Source: an uncultured Candidatus Saccharibacteria bacterium (GTDB lineage: Bacteria; Patescibacteriota; Minisyncoccia; Phycocordibacterales; UBA5272). Taken from it: a DNA stretch of 64,000 bases. A program made the translations under genes and the position numbers. Positions 1-9,749 of this stretch are shown here, piece after piece (within the stretch, counting starts at the first letter, position 1; the number at the start of each line of letters is the position of its first letter). Under the pieces are notes generated by a model. It saw nothing but the letters and a program-made list of their open reading frames with translations, was not told where the DNA came from and did no database searches. The stretch is taken from positions 3,234-67,233 of the forward strand of contig CAYXWO010000001.1 in the NCBI GenBank assembly GCA_964468825.1, read 5' to 3'.

Positions 1-462
1 GTCATCAAGAGTTTGCTTTTCTTCGTCAGTAAGTTCATACGTACTCTTGTAGTTTTGGACTGGCTTTGCGAATGTGCTCATCCTGTCGTGTGCATGTAGG
101 GAAGATACGACGACACCGTTCCCTCTTTCATTAACAAAGGCAATTGAGAAGCTTTGGTTGGAACTATTAGTGTCGAATGCTTTGTAACGAACAGTCTGAG
201 TGTTACGAAGTGAGTGGGACACTTTTTCTTCTAAGATGAGCGCATGCTTTGAGATGAGCTCATTACGTTCTTCTATCTTTGTTATCCCGTCAACACAGCT
301 CCTAATCACTTCCTCAAGCGATGATGAAGTCTTACCTCTTGTGAAGCGATAGATCTTATGATGAAGGTACGCCGTGTAAAGGAGAAGCAGTATGAGTGAT
401 GTACCAAGCGGGATGGTAGGGTTCTCTATAATAAAGGTGAGAAAAGGGGAAAGGGTTTGCAT
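1..462 (-). CDS. DUF4446-family membrane-anchored protein (runs off the left edge; not in the ORF track)
   Basis: Manual translation from ATG at 462 gives MQTLSPFLTFIIENPTIPLGTSLILLLLYTAYLHHKIYRF...RYKAFDTNSSNQSFSIAFVNERGNGVVVSSLHAHDRMSTFAKPVQNYKSTYELTDEEK. The QSFSIA..GNGVVxSSLH..AKP motif is typical of DUF4446. Confidence 0.8.
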   Translation of the reverse strand, partial: MQTLSPFLTFIIENPTIPLGTSLILLLLYTAYLHHKIYRFTRGKTSSSLEEVIRSCVDGITKIEERNELISKHALILEEKVSHSLRNTQTVRYKAFDTNSSNQSFSIAFVNERGNGVVVSSLHAHDRMSTFAKPVQNYKSTYELTDEEKQTLDD

Positions 463-550
463 AAACAAAGATAGGTGAAAATGAGTATAGCAGTGGAGTG
501 GTGATATGAGCCAGGGGAAAGACACCGCTGTAGCTAGGTCTACTCAATCC

Positions 551-578
551 TTGACAATAATCAATAAAATGTTATACT
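551..578 (+). promoter_or_regulatory. sigma70-type promoter with extended -10
   Basis: TTGACA (551-556), 16-nt spacer, TG-n-TATACT (573-578). Confidence 0.7.
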
Positions 579-617
579 ATTAAAACGGTCATGTGACCGT
601 GCATCTAGGAGAAATCC

Positions 618-788
618 ATGCGCTCCCGTTCCCCCTTCGTTGTTTCGGTTCCGTCCGTCGCGCAAGGCAGCAGCCATGGGCCGCCCTTCAGCAACATGAG
701 TGAAGCAAGCTACAACCCCCTGGGCGGCGCCCGCTGCGGCCTGGCCGATTTCAAGAAGACCTGCTGGAAGGCCGGCGCCCGCACCTGA
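618..788 (+). CDS. small hypothetical protein, 56 aa (not in the ORF track)
   Basis: SD AGGAGA at 607, ATG 618, TGA 786-788. Translation MRSRSPFVVSVPSVAQGSSHGPPFSNMSEASYNPLGGARCGLADFKKTCWKAGART; GC-rich codons. Confidence 0.45.
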   Translation: MRSRSPFVVSVPSVAQGSSHGPPFSNMSEASYNPLGGARCGLADFKKTCWKAGART

Positions 789-933
789 ACGCGCGGCCGC
801 GGCCTGTCGGACTGGATGTCCAGAAAAACGCTTCGCTGCAACAATCTGTGAAGCGACCTCAGGACACCTTCCGACTACTCTCGGACCCCAGGCAAGTGTT
901 GCCTGCGGCCAACCAACCAAGGAGACTGAACAC

Positions 934-993
934 ATGGTGCGATACCGCATCCGTCAGCTTTGCTGGCGATCCTCGATCGGCGCTCACCCGTGA
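934..993 (+). CDS. possible 19-aa peptide MVRYRIRQLCWRSSIGAHP
   Basis: AAGGAG SD at 919-924 upstream of ATG 934. Confidence 0.3.
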   Translation: MVRYRIRQLCWRSSIGAHP

Positions 994-1159
994 GCCGCGA
1001 CGGTGCTAACAGGATGTCCTGTTAGCATTAACCAAAAAGGAGACAAATCCCCGAAGCCTTAAGCTTAGTCAGCGAGTAACATCGCCAAGACGGGGCTGAC
1101 AGGTTGGTAGCCACATTCGTCGTGAAAGCGACGAGGCCAAAAACAATACCCCCACGACG

Positions 1160-1190
1160 AAGGCCCGGAGAACCCGGGCCTTTTTTCTTT
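1160..1190 (+). terminator. rho-independent terminator
   Basis: AGGCCCGG-AGAAC-CCGGGCCT followed by a T-run. Confidence 0.8.
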
Positions 1191-1384
1191 TCCTGTATTA
1201 CGTAAACTGTAATATTTATTCATACTGTGCATAACTCTTGTTTTTTATAGAACGAAAATGATAGGCTTATGAATAGCAGGAGAAGGAGGAATCCAACTCA
1301 TGCCCGTGGAGATGAACGATCGGTTCACCTTACGGTGCATCGCTCTTTCGTTTTCAACTTCATCATTCTCACAGGAGACCCTCC

Positions 1385-1756
1385 ATGAAGAAACTGAGGC
1401 TTACCCTGGCAGCTTTCGCTGCCATCGCCCTGACCGGTACCGCTTTGGCCGCTTCAGCCGCAACGTTCGACGCCAAGACCGCGCCGCTCGCCGCCAACGC
1501 CAAGACCGCCGCGACGTTCACGCTGCATCCCTCCCTGTCCTCAACCGACTTCCAGGTGCTGTCCACCAAGGCCAAGAAGCCTTCCATGATCGCCGTGAAT
1601 GCAACGCCGTTCCCGTCGACCGTCGCCGACGGCGCACAAGACCTGGGCAAGATCGTCGCCAACGGTGGCACGCTGCAACTGCCGAACGGGCAAGTCCTGA
1701 TGAAGGCCTCCGACGCCGGCCGCGCTGGCTTGGCGCTCGGTCGCGCCGCAGGCTGA
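1385..1756 (+). CDS. GC-rich secreted hypothetical protein
   Basis: SD AGGAGA; signal peptide MKKLRLTLAAFAAIALTGTALA; strong C-ending codon bias; followed by a CAGCCGGATTCC...GGAGTCCGGCTG hairpin and T-run. Confidence 0.7.
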   Translation: MKKLRLTLAAFAAIALTGTALAASAATFDAKTAPLAANAKTAATFTLHPSLSSTDFQVLSTKAKKPSMIAVNATPFPSTVADGAQDLGKIVANGGTLQLPNGQVLMKASDAGRAGLALGRAAG

Positions 1757-1844
1757 CGCTGGGCAAGAATGGGCGTATGTCGCCCAACCAGCCGGATTCC
1801 AAACCCCTTCAACGGGAACGGAGTCCGGCTGTTTTGTTTTTCTG

Positions 1845-1879
1845 TATTAACTATTAACCAGTAACTACTACCTAGTAAC
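1845..1879 (+). repeat. degenerate heptamer tandem repeat (TAnTAAC)x5
   Basis: TATTAAC TATTAAC CAGTAAC TACTACC TAGTAAC. Similar arrays at 3992-4019, 7728-7754, 31826-31846, 42851-42868 and 53642-53669. Confidence 0.8.
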
Positions 1880-1903
1880 AGATCTCCGTGTTAGAGTATT
1901 TTT

Positions 1904-3178
1904 ATGTTACAAAATCTTTTTAATAAGAAGCAGAAGAGAATCTATTTAGATAACGCAGGGGCAACTGAAATAGGAGAGCGCGCGAAGCGCGCTCTCCTCG
2001 AGGCTCTCGCAACATATGGAAACCCTTCTGGTATTCATAAGGAGGGGGCGGAGGCCAGTGTGCTTTTAGATAAAGCTCGCGCAATGTGTGCGACAGAGAT
2101 TAACGCACATGCATATGAGGTATATTTCGTGAGCTCAGGAACCGAGTCATGTAATTTAGCTATTCTTGGTACGTATTTCTCATTTTCTAAAAACGTAAAA
2201 CTTAAAACCGAAAACTCACCACTCCCTCATATCATTACCTCTTCTATTGAGCATCCTGCGATTCTCGAACCGATAAAAAGTCTAGAGAAAGAAGGAAAAA
2301 TCTCTGTCACATATTTACCTGTGTACGAAGATGGTATAGTCAAAGTGAGAGATGTTCGTGAAGCATTACGAGCAGAGACTATTTTAGTGAGTGTGATGTA
2401 TGCCAATAACGAAATAGGAACTATTCAGCCAGTAAAAGAAATTGGTCGTGCAATTGATGAGTGGAAAAAAGAAAATGAGAAGTCTTTCACAGAGTACCCA
2501 TACTTCCATACTGATGCATGTCAGGCAGCAAATTACTGTAACTTAGATGTGCTTCGTCTTAAGTGCCATCTCATGACAGTTAATAGTAGTAAGTGCTATG
2601 GTCCAAAAGGTTCAGCGCTTTTATATAAAAGAGAAGGAATAAGCCTTGACCCTGTCACATACGGTGGTGGGCAAGAGCGCACGCTCAGAAGTGGAACTGA
2701 GAATGTTTCAAGCGCATATGCGTTCGGTATCGCTTTAAAAGAGTCGCAGGAGATGAGAGAAAATGAAAGCGCGCGCTTACGCGCGCTTCGCGATGATGTA
2801 GTCAAAGATCTTAAGATTGCAATCCCAGAGATTATCTTCTACGGTGCGTTTGATGAGTATTCTAAGCTACCAGCTACCGCCTACAAGCTACATGCTGAAA
2901 AACGTCTCCCAAATAATATTAACTGTAGAGTTCCAGGCATCTCAAGCGAAGAGATGATTCTTCGGTTAGATGCGAAAGGTATAGCTGTCTCACACAAGAG
3001 TGCATGCGCTTCGATGGAGACTGACGGCAGTTATGTCCTTCAAGCTATTGGAACCACAGAAGATGAGGCGAAGGAAAATATTCGTATCAGTATGGGAAGG
3101 TCTACAGAAAGTAATGATATGAAGATACTTGTTGCAGCGATGAAGGAAATATCTGAGAAGTATAAGGTCATGAATTAG
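1904..3178 (+). CDS. iscS: cysteine desulfurase (IscS/NifS family)
   Basis: IYLDNAGAT, GNPSGIH, IEHPA, NNEIGTIQP, HTDACQA, SSKCYGPKG (PLP lysine), RSGTEN, KSAC (catalytic Cys). Confidence 0.93.
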   Translation: MLQNLFNKKQKRIYLDNAGATEIGERAKRALLEALATYGNPSGIHKEGAEASVLLDKARAMCATEINAHAYEVYFVSSGTESCNLAILGTYFSFSKNVKLKTENSPLPHIITSSIEHPAILEPIKSLEKEGKISVTYLPVYEDGIVKVRDVREALRAETILVSVMYANNEIGTIQPVKEIGRAIDEWKKENEKSFTEYPYFHTDACQAANYCNLDVLRLKCHLMTVNSSKCYGPKGSALLYKREGISLDPVTYGGGQERTLRSGTENVSSAYAFGIALKESQEMRENESARLRALRDDVVKDLKIAIPEIIFYGAFDEYSKLPATAYKLHAEKRLPNNINCRVPGISSEEMILRLDAKGIAVSHKSACASMETDGSYVLQAIGTTEDEAKENIRISMGRSTESNDMKILVAAMKEISEKYKVMN

Positions 3179-3213
3179 TTGTTAAGCCACGTTTGATTAT
3201 ATACTCCTACCAT

Positions 3214-3774
3214 ATGTATACAGCAAAAGTTTTTTCACATTTATTAGGTTTACCTGGACTAAGTGACGCACTCCTTAGCAATCACTTCACCCTCTATCAG
3301 GGGTATGTCACTAATACGAATAAGTTAGTTGAACAGATGAAGGTTATGGAACCGGGGACTCCAGAATACGCGGAACTTCATCGACGTTTTGGGTGGGAGT
3401 GGAATGGTATGAGACTACACGAGCTTTATTTTGAAAATATTGCTAAGCATGGAGTCGCACTCAGTGAGCGCACGCTTAAGCAGAAGATGGTTGCCACATG
3501 GGGAACCTATGAACAATGGGAAAAAGAATTCCGTGGAATAGCAGCTATGCGTGGTGTAGGGTGGGTGATACTTGCTCATGACAAGAAGGACGGGAAGCTT
3601 TTCAATGTTTGGGTTGCAGAGCATGATGGTGGGCATCTGGCAGGGCTTACACCAGTTCTCGTAATGGATGTATGGGAACATGCGTTCATGCTTGATTATG
3701 GTATCAAGCGCGCTGACTATATTAATACTTTCATGGGTGCTATTGATTGGCACGCTGCGGAGGAGAGAATCTAA
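3214..3774 (+). CDS. sod: Fe/Mn superoxide dismutase family protein
   Basis: HFTLYQGYV, LHELYFEN and DVWEHAF metal ligands. Confidence 0.9.
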   Translation: MYTAKVFSHLLGLPGLSDALLSNHFTLYQGYVTNTNKLVEQMKVMEPGTPEYAELHRRFGWEWNGMRLHELYFENIAKHGVALSERTLKQKMVATWGTYEQWEKEFRGIAAMRGVGWVILAHDKKDGKLFNVWVAEHDGGHLAGLTPVLVMDVWEHAFMLDYGIKRADYINTFMGAIDWHAAEERI

Positions 3775-3816
3775 GGACGTGTTGTAGGACTTGCTTTAGA
3801 TACTTAGATAAGTAAA

Positions 3817-3846
3817 GAAAGCGGCGCCTACGGCGCCGCTTTCTTC
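3817..3846. terminator. bidirectional terminator-like palindrome
   Basis: GAAAGCGGCGCC-TAC-GGCGCCGCTTTC. Confidence 0.75.
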
Positions 3847-4026
3847 ATGTTGACTTTCGCTCTCTATTTGTTAGAACTAATATATACCGTCCCGAAAGAA
3901 ATACCGCTTATCCACCACGACTGAAGTACCGAAAACTGCTACACTGTACATGTATTTGAAATATATGTTATTGGTTTTTTGTATGTATCACTAATTACTA
4001 TTAACCATTAACTATTAACTGTATTT

Positions 4027-6726
4027 ATGCCTCCGTTTAACAATTTTACAACCAAAGCAAAAGAGGTGATTCGTCGCGCCCATGAGCTTGCTATTGAGCG
4101 CGGGCAGAACCAAGTTAGCCCACTTCATTTGATGGGTGCACTTCTCACGCAAGAGGAGTCTCTTGTTCATGCGATACTTGAAAAACTTGAAGTTGACCTC
4201 ATTTTACTTACTGACACCGTGGTTGATGCAATTGAGGTGCCTGGTTCTTCTCAGACGATGAGTCCGTCATACCAGATGTATCTCACACCAGACCTCGCAA
4301 CAACTTTTGAAAATTCACTCAAGGTGGCGCAATCCTTCAGTGATGAGTTCGTGTCCACAGAACATCTTTTCCTGGCGCTCCTTGATTCTTCAGGACAGAT
4401 CCGAGAGATACTTTCTAGATTCCGTATCGACAAGGATCAGGCTTATCATATATTAGATGAGCTACGTACTCAGAACATTACTGAAGCAACTAGTCCAAAG
4501 AAAAATAAAGCTCTTCAGAAGTACACACGCAATTTCACAGATATGGCGCGTCAGGACAAGCTAGATCCAGTAATTGGTCGTGATACAGAAATCATGCGTC
4601 TCATGCAGATACTCTCTAGGCGTACCAAGAATAATCCGATACTTATCGGTGAAGCAGGAACTGGTAAGACTGCTGTAGTAGAAGGTCTTGCTATCCGTAT
4701 GGCAAAGGGTGATGTGCCAGAAAGTCTTAAAGGTAAAGAGCTCGTGTCTCTAGACCTCGGAATGCTTATTGCGGGGACAAAGTTTAGAGGAGAATTCGAA
4801 GAACGCCTAAAGGCTATCATGAAAGAGATTGAGCGCTCAGAAGGTGGCATTATTCTTTTTATTGATGAGATTCATACTATCGTAGGAGCAGGGGCAACAG
4901 AAGGCTCAGCTGACGCCGCGAACCTTCTTAAGCCCGCACTTTCTCGTGGAGAACTACGCGCGATTGGCGCAACTACTCTTAAAGAGTATCAGAAGCATAT
5001 CGAGAAGGACCCAGCGCTCGCTCGTCGTTTTCAGCCAGTGTTTGTTGAAGAACCGACAGAAGAAGACGCTCTCGCTATTTTAAGAGGACTCAAAGAAAAG
5101 TATGAACTCTTCCACGGTGTTCGTATTACAGATGACGCACTTGTCTCTGCTGTTAACCTCTCGACTCGTTATATTACTTCAAGATTCTTACCAGATAAGG
5201 CAATTGACTTAGTGGATGAAGCTGCGTCATCTCTTCGTATTGCTCTAGAGAACAAGCCTCCGATTCTTGAAGAGGCTCACCGAAGAATAATGCGTTTAGA
5301 AATTGAAAAGGAAGCCCTTTCAAAGGAACTTCTTAGTGCTGATGACAAGGATGACAAAGCAAACACTAAGGCGCGTATCAAGGTTATAGATGAAGAAATC
5401 GCTAACGTGAAAGAGAAGACCAGAGAGCTTGAACTCAAATGGAAGAATGAGAAGAAGACGCTTGCTGAGATTGGTGAGATAAAAAAGTCGCTCGAATCTT
5501 TGCGTACTGAAGCCGAGAATGCAGAGCTGCGCGCAGACCTTACCCGTGTAGCTGAAATTCGTTATGGTCAGATTCCGGAACTTACAAAAGAGTTGAACGA
5601 TAGACTCGAACGTCTTAAGAAGCTTCAAAAGACTCGTCGCATTCTTAAGGAAGAAGTAACAGAAGAAGACATAGCATCTGTAGTTGCTCGCTGGACGGGC
5701 ATCCCTGTGGTGAAGATGCTCGAAGAAGAGGAAGAGAAACTTTCACGCATGGAAGATGAGCTACAGAAGCGTGTAGTGAGTCAACGTGACGCAATCACTA
5801 AGATATCAGACGCAGTTCGTAGAAGCCGCGCTGGAATCAATGACCCAGATAGACCTATTGGATCGTTCATGTTTCTTGGTCCAACTGGCGTTGGTAAGAC
5901 TGAACTTACAAAGGCCCTTGCTTCGTTTATGTTTAACGATGAGAAGGCACTTATCAAAGTGGATATGAGTGAGTATATGGAGAAGCATTCAACGTCTAAA
6001 CTTATTGGCTCACCTCCTGGGTATGTTGGTCATGATGAGTCAGGGCAACTCACAGAAGCTGTGCGTCATAGGCCATATTCAGTTATTCTTTTTGATGAAG
6101 TGGAAAAAGCTCACCCGGAGGTATTTAATCTGCTTCTTCAGGTATTAGATGAAGGACGTCTCACAGATAGTAAGGGGCGTGTTGCTAACTTCAAGAATAC
6201 AGTTATCATTATGACCTCTAATATCGGAAGTCAGTATATCCAAAAGATGGAACAGATGGGCTTTAGTAATGTAGAAGTTGGTAATGAGTACGCACAGGTG
6301 AAAGACAAGGTGATGGATGCGGTCAAGGAATTCTTTAAGCCTGAGTTTCTAAATCGCCTCGATGAAACTATTGTCTTTGATGTTCTGACGAAAGATGAGA
6401 TAAAGAAAATTGTTGGTCTTCAGACAGAAATTCTCGCTAAACGTCTTCTTGAAAAAGAAATCACTTTAACTGTAAGCCCTGAGGCTGTGACCTTTATCGG
6501 AGAGAAGTCATTTGACCCTCATTATGGAGCTCGTCCGATTAAGAGATACATGCAGACAGCTATCTTAAACAAGATCGCGCAGCTCATGCTCTCTAAGAAG
6601 ATTACTAAAGGTGGGATAGCAGAGGTAACGCTAGATAAGAAAGGTGAGATAACTGTCGAAGCAAAGAAAGCAAAGAAGATTCCTAGTCCACTCACGAAAG
6701 AGGAGGTGGTGAAGGAGAGGAAGTAA
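4027..6726 (+). CDS. clpB: ATP-dependent chaperone ClpB
   Basis: Clp N domain, two AAA modules ([16 protein letters not shown]), long coiled-coil middle domain, GSPPGYVG. Confidence 0.95.
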   Translation: MPPFNNFTTKAKEVIRRAHELAIERGQNQVSPLHLMGALLTQEESLVHAILEKLEVDLILLTDTVVDAIEVPGSSQTMSPSYQMYLTPDLATTFENSLKVAQSFSDEFVSTEHLFLALLDSSGQIREILSRFRIDKDQAYHILDELRTQNITEATSPKKNKALQKYTRNFTDMARQDKLDPVIGRDTEIMRLMQILSRRTKNNPILIGEAGTGKTAVVEGLAIRMAKGDVPESLKGKELVSLDLGMLIAGTKFRGEFEERLKAIMKEIERSEGGIILFIDEIHTIVGAGATEGSADAANLLKPALSRGELRAIGATTLKEYQKHIEKDPALARRFQPVFVEEPTEEDALAILRGLKEKYELFHGVRITDDALVSAVNLSTRYITSRFLPDKAIDLVDEAASSLRIALENKPPILEEAHRRIMRLEIEKEALSKELLSADDKDDKANTKARIKVIDEEIANVKEKTRELELKWKNEKKTLAEIGEIKKSLESLRTEAENAELRADLTRVAEIRYGQIPELTKELNDRLERLKKLQKTRRILKEEVTEEDIASVVARWTGIPVVKMLEEEEEKLSRMEDELQKRVVSQRDAITKISDAVRRSRAGINDPDRPIGSFMFLGPTGVGKTELTKALASFMFNDEKALIKVDMSEYMEKHSTSKLIGSPPGYVGHDESGQLTEAVRHRPYSVILFDEVEKAHPEVFNLLLQVLDEGRLTDSKGRVANFKNTVIIMTSNIGSQYIQKMEQMGFSNVEVGNEYAQVKDKVMDAVKEFFKPEFLNRLDETIVFDVLTKDEIKKIVGLQTEILAKRLLEKEITLTVSPEAVTFIGEKSFDPHYGARPIKRYMQTAILNKIAQLMLSKKITKGGIAEVTLDKKGEITVEAKKAKKIPSPLTKEEVVKERK

Positions 6727-6764
6727 GTTACTAGACCTAGTTACTAGCTGTTAGTGAATATCAA

Positions 6765-6801
6765 AACAAAAGAGCGGCGCCACAGGCGCCGCTCTTTTGT
6801 T
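6765..6801. terminator. bidirectional terminator palindrome
   Basis: AACAAAAGAGCGGCGCC-ACA-GGCGCCGCTCTTTTGTT. Confidence 0.8.
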
Positions 6802-6834
6802 TTGCCTATTTTTATGATAGAATTTTCTCTACTT

Positions 6835-6918
6835 GCGTCGGTGGTGGAGTGGTCAATCACAATAGACTGTAAATCTATCGCCCTTCGGGCTTCGCTGGTT
6901 CAAATCCAGCCCGGCGCA
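6835..6918 (+). tRNA. tRNA-Tyr (GTA), CCA not encoded
   Basis: Acceptor GCGTCGG/CCGGCGC; D arm GTG..CAC; anticodon arm ATAGA-CTGTAAA-TCTAT; long variable arm GCCC-TTC-GGGC; T arm GCTGG-TTCAAAT-CCAGC; discriminator A. Confidence 0.95.
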
Positions 6919-6920
6919 CA

Positions 6921-6961
6921 TAAAATTAAAAACATGGCCTCTTGCCATGTTTTTAATTTTA
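6921..6961 (+). terminator. hairpin/terminator after the tRNA
   Basis: TAAAATTAAAAACATGGC-CTCTT-GCCATGTTTTTAATTTTA perfect inverted repeat. Confidence 0.8.
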
Positions 6962-7122
6962 CTTTGCTTCGGACTGGATTTGGACCGCGGCAGCAACCCG
7001 CGAAGAGCGGTTCTAGGGCAAAGCGAGAGGTTCTGTGACCAAGGTCTTGCCGAACATCGGTGAACGTAGTGAGGAGTAGAAACTGTGACCAAGTCCTACC
7101 CTCTACCTGCTATACTTCCTTC

Positions 7123-7662
7123 ATGATCAAATCTCTTATCTTAGCCGGTGGTTGCTTCTGGTGTGTTGAGCACGATCTCCGTGGCGCATTTGGCGTGCTT
7201 GAAGTACTCTCTGGTTATTCTGGAGGTAATTCCACTAATCCAACGTATGAAGAACATTTCGGACATCGCGAAGTAGTCCAGGTGTCATATGACGACACAA
7301 AGACTTCATACAAAAGACTGCTGCGGTATTTTATCGATCATATCGACCCAACAGACAGTGGTGGGCAGTTTGGTGACAGAGGGGATAGTTATAAAACTGC
7401 TATTTATTTTGAAAACGAAGAGGAAAAAAATAGTGCTCAAGAAGTAGTTAAAGAGTTAAACGATAGTCATGTTTATGACTCTCCAAGTATGATAGAAATT
7501 CTAGAACGAAAGCCATTTTATTCTGCAGAAGAGTATCATCAGAACTACGCCGAGAAGAACACGTCACATTATTATATGTACAGACAAGGGAGCGGTCGCG
7601 AAGGGTTCGTACAAAAGACCTGTCAGATTAGAGAGGAAAAGGGTATCGCCTGGAAGGAGTAG
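7123..7662 (+). CDS. msrA: peptide methionine sulfoxide reductase A
   Basis: AGGCFWC, GYSGG..NPTYE, GQFGDRGDSY, AEEYHQNY; start placed at ATG 7123. Confidence 0.95.
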   Translation: MIKSLILAGGCFWCVEHDLRGAFGVLEVLSGYSGGNSTNPTYEEHFGHREVVQVSYDDTKTSYKRLLRYFIDHIDPTDSGGQFGDRGDSYKTAIYFENEEEKNSAQEVVKELNDSHVYDSPSMIEILERKPFYSAEEYHQNYAEKNTSHYYMYRQGSGREGFVQKTCQIREEKGIAWKE

Positions 7663-7762
7663 CAGGTCTTGCGAGTCAATTTAAGTAATGACCACGCGAA
7701 AAAGCTTCGCTTTTTCGCGTGGTACACTAGTAACCATTAACGAGTAACTACAACTATTCTCC

Positions 7763-8308
7763 ATGCGTATCGCTGTAATCGGTCCACAAAATACAGGCAA
7801 GTCGACTTTTATTCAGGATTTTCTCAAGGAGTTTCCTCACTATGTTGCACTTGATAAAACATATCGAGATGTCGTTACAGAAGGTAACTTAGAAATAAAC
7901 CAGCAAACCACCACAGAAAGTCAAAAAGCAATCCGAGACTTTATGTTCGGTCAGTTGCGTCATAATACCGAGTACAATGTTATTTTCGATCGCTGCTTGA
8001 TAGACAACTTTGTTTATACATGTCTACAACATGAACAAGGCACTATCCCAAAGTGGTTCGTAGATGAGAGTGAGGCTATGATGCGGGACACACTTCAGAG
8101 CGTGGACTTGTATCTTTTTATTCCAACAGCTGTTTCAGTTCCGCTTGTTAACGATGAGCTTCGAGACATCGACACTTCATTTATTGATGCAACCAATACA
8201 CAGTTCTTAAGGATTCTATTTGAGCTCGTCCGCTCAAATAACATAACAGTAAAAGTTATATCTGGTTCTCGTAAAGAGAGAATAGAGCAAGTGAAGAAGC
8301 TCGTCTAA
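7763..8308 (+). CDS. P-loop NTPase, nucleotide-kinase-like (AAA_28/NadR-like)
   Basis: N-terminal GPQNTGKST Walker A; IFDRCLIDNFVY motif. Confidence 0.75.
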   Translation: MRIAVIGPQNTGKSTFIQDFLKEFPHYVALDKTYRDVVTEGNLEINQQTTTESQKAIRDFMFGQLRHNTEYNVIFDRCLIDNFVYTCLQHEQGTIPKWFVDESEAMMRDTLQSVDLYLFIPTAVSVPLVNDELRDIDTSFIDATNTQFLRILFELVRSNNITVKVISGSRKERIEQVKKLV

Positions 8309-8313
8309 GTAAT

Positions 8314-8919
8314 ATGTATACAATAGGTATTGATGAAGTTGGCAGAGGTCCAATCGCTGGACCAGTCGTGGTATGCGCGTGTGCTATTAAGGACGCAGTA
8401 GATATTGTTAAGTATTTCCCAAAAGGAATTTTACGTGACAGTAAGAAACTTTCTCAAAAGCAACGCCTCACAATTCTCGAAGCAATAAAGTCTCACGTAG
8501 AAACAGGTGAGATACGTTTTGGAGTTGGCGAGGTGAGCGCAGAGAGAATTGACCAGATCGGGATTGTGCCTGCTATTAAGGAGGCGATGGGTCTTGCGCT
8601 CACTATACTTCACAGCGAAGGGGTATCTAACGACTCCTTTGTGTATCTCGATGGTTCGTTACATGCACCTGAGATGTACAAGCAAGAGACAGTTATAAAG
8701 GGGGATGAAAAGATTCCCCAGATTTCACTCGCGTCTATCTTCGCCAAGGGCTATAGAGACGACCTGATGGTGGAATTATCTAAGCAGTACCCCGGTTATG
8801 GTTTTGAATCCCATGTAGGGTACGGCACGGCTGCTCATTATGAGGCATTGAAAAATAAAGGCTTTTGCACACTTCATCGTAAAACATTTCTTAAAAACTT
8901 GATTTTCGAGGGTGATTAA
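8314..8919 (+). CDS. rnhB: ribonuclease HII
   Basis: GIDEVGRGPIAGPVV, DSKKL, KGDEK, SLASIFAK, HVGYGT, HRKTF. Confidence 0.95.
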   Translation: MYTIGIDEVGRGPIAGPVVVCACAIKDAVDIVKYFPKGILRDSKKLSQKQRLTILEAIKSHVETGEIRFGVGEVSAERIDQIGIVPAIKEAMGLALTILHSEGVSNDSFVYLDGSLHAPEMYKQETVIKGDEKIPQISLASIFAKGYRDDLMVELSKQYPGYGFESHVGYGTAAHYEALKNKGFCTLHRKTFLKNLIFEGD

Positions 8920-8993
8920 AGAAGTTGATAAGGCAGGTAGGTTTCGGTCTCTATTTGCTATACACTAGTTAGTATCAGTATAAAAAGTATTTT

Positions 8994-9377
8994 ATGGCAT
9001 CAATTTTCACACAGATAATAAACGGCGAAATACCTGGGTACAAAATTTATGAGGACGAATACGTTTGCGCAATCCTAGACATTAATCCAATTCAGAAAGG
9101 TCACGTACTTGTTATTCCAAAGCAAGAGGCTGATCAGCTCTTTGAACTTGATGAGATGATGTTTGATAAAATGATGCACCGCGTTAGGTACATGGCTCAA
9201 GTAATAAAAGGGAAGACAGATTGTAAACGCGTCTGCGTCTTCGTGGAAGGTTACGGAGTGCCACATGTTCATGTGCACCTTGTGCCAACTAACTCCCCAG
9301 CTGACTTTGACAAGTCTCTTGTCTACGCTGCCTCCAAGGAGGAATTAGAAGAGATGCAGCAGTTACTTAAGTCGTAA
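8994..9377 (+). CDS. HIT family protein
   Basis: SIFTQIINGEIP, GHVLVIPK, VPHVHVHLVP histidine triad. Confidence 0.92.
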   Translation: MASIFTQIINGEIPGYKIYEDEYVCAILDINPIQKGHVLVIPKQEADQLFELDEMMFDKMMHRVRYMAQVIKGKTDCKRVCVFVEGYGVPHVHVHLVPTNSPADFDKSLVYAASKEELEEMQQLLKS

Positions 9378-9395
9378 GGCTTACACCGCCTCGTT

Positions 9396-9749
9396 ATGAA
9401 TTTTATTATTATACGAACAATTGGAGTCCTAGCTGCCAGCTATGTTACTAAAGTCGGTGTACCACTTGCCTTTGGCACGTTTGCAATTTCTTTGAGCACC
9501 GCATGGGTTGCGCTTCTCGTGGCACTCGTACTTGCGGTTATTAACCATACGATTCGTCCGATTTTCATGCTCATCTCAATACCGGTCAACCTTCTCACTC
9601 TCGGACTTTTCTCTTTCGTTATTAACGGCCTCATGATACTTCTCGCAGATAAGATTGTTCCAGAGTTCTCTGTCCCGTCGCTTCTCATGGCTATCTACTT
9701 CTCGATAGTCCTTGCAGTTATTAACTGGGTATTACATTTTTTTGAGTAG
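9396..9749 (+). CDS. YvlD-like four-TM membrane protein (Phage_holin_4_2 family)
   Basis: INHTIRPIFMLISIPVNLLTLGLFSFVING motif. Confidence 0.85.
   Translation: MNFIIIRTIGVLAASYVTKVGVPLAFGTFAISLSTAWVALLVALVLAVINHTIRPIFMLISIPVNLLTLGLFSFVINGLMILLADKIVPEFSVPSLLMAIYFSIVLAVINWVLHFFE

Noticed and set aside
1035-1140. Known riboswitch (c-di-GMP or c-di-AMP)
   Set aside because: GNRA-like hairpins are present but the conserved consensus nucleotides could not be matched by eye.
1300-1857. 185-aa Arg-rich ORF and antisense ORFs 1369-1812 and 1518-1802
   Set aside because: These are alternative frames of the GC-rich gene 1385-1756, which has the SD and signal peptide.
9396-9749. Holin as evidence of a prophage
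   Set aside because: It is a YvlD-like chromosomal membrane family, lies outside attL, and has no endolysin nearby.
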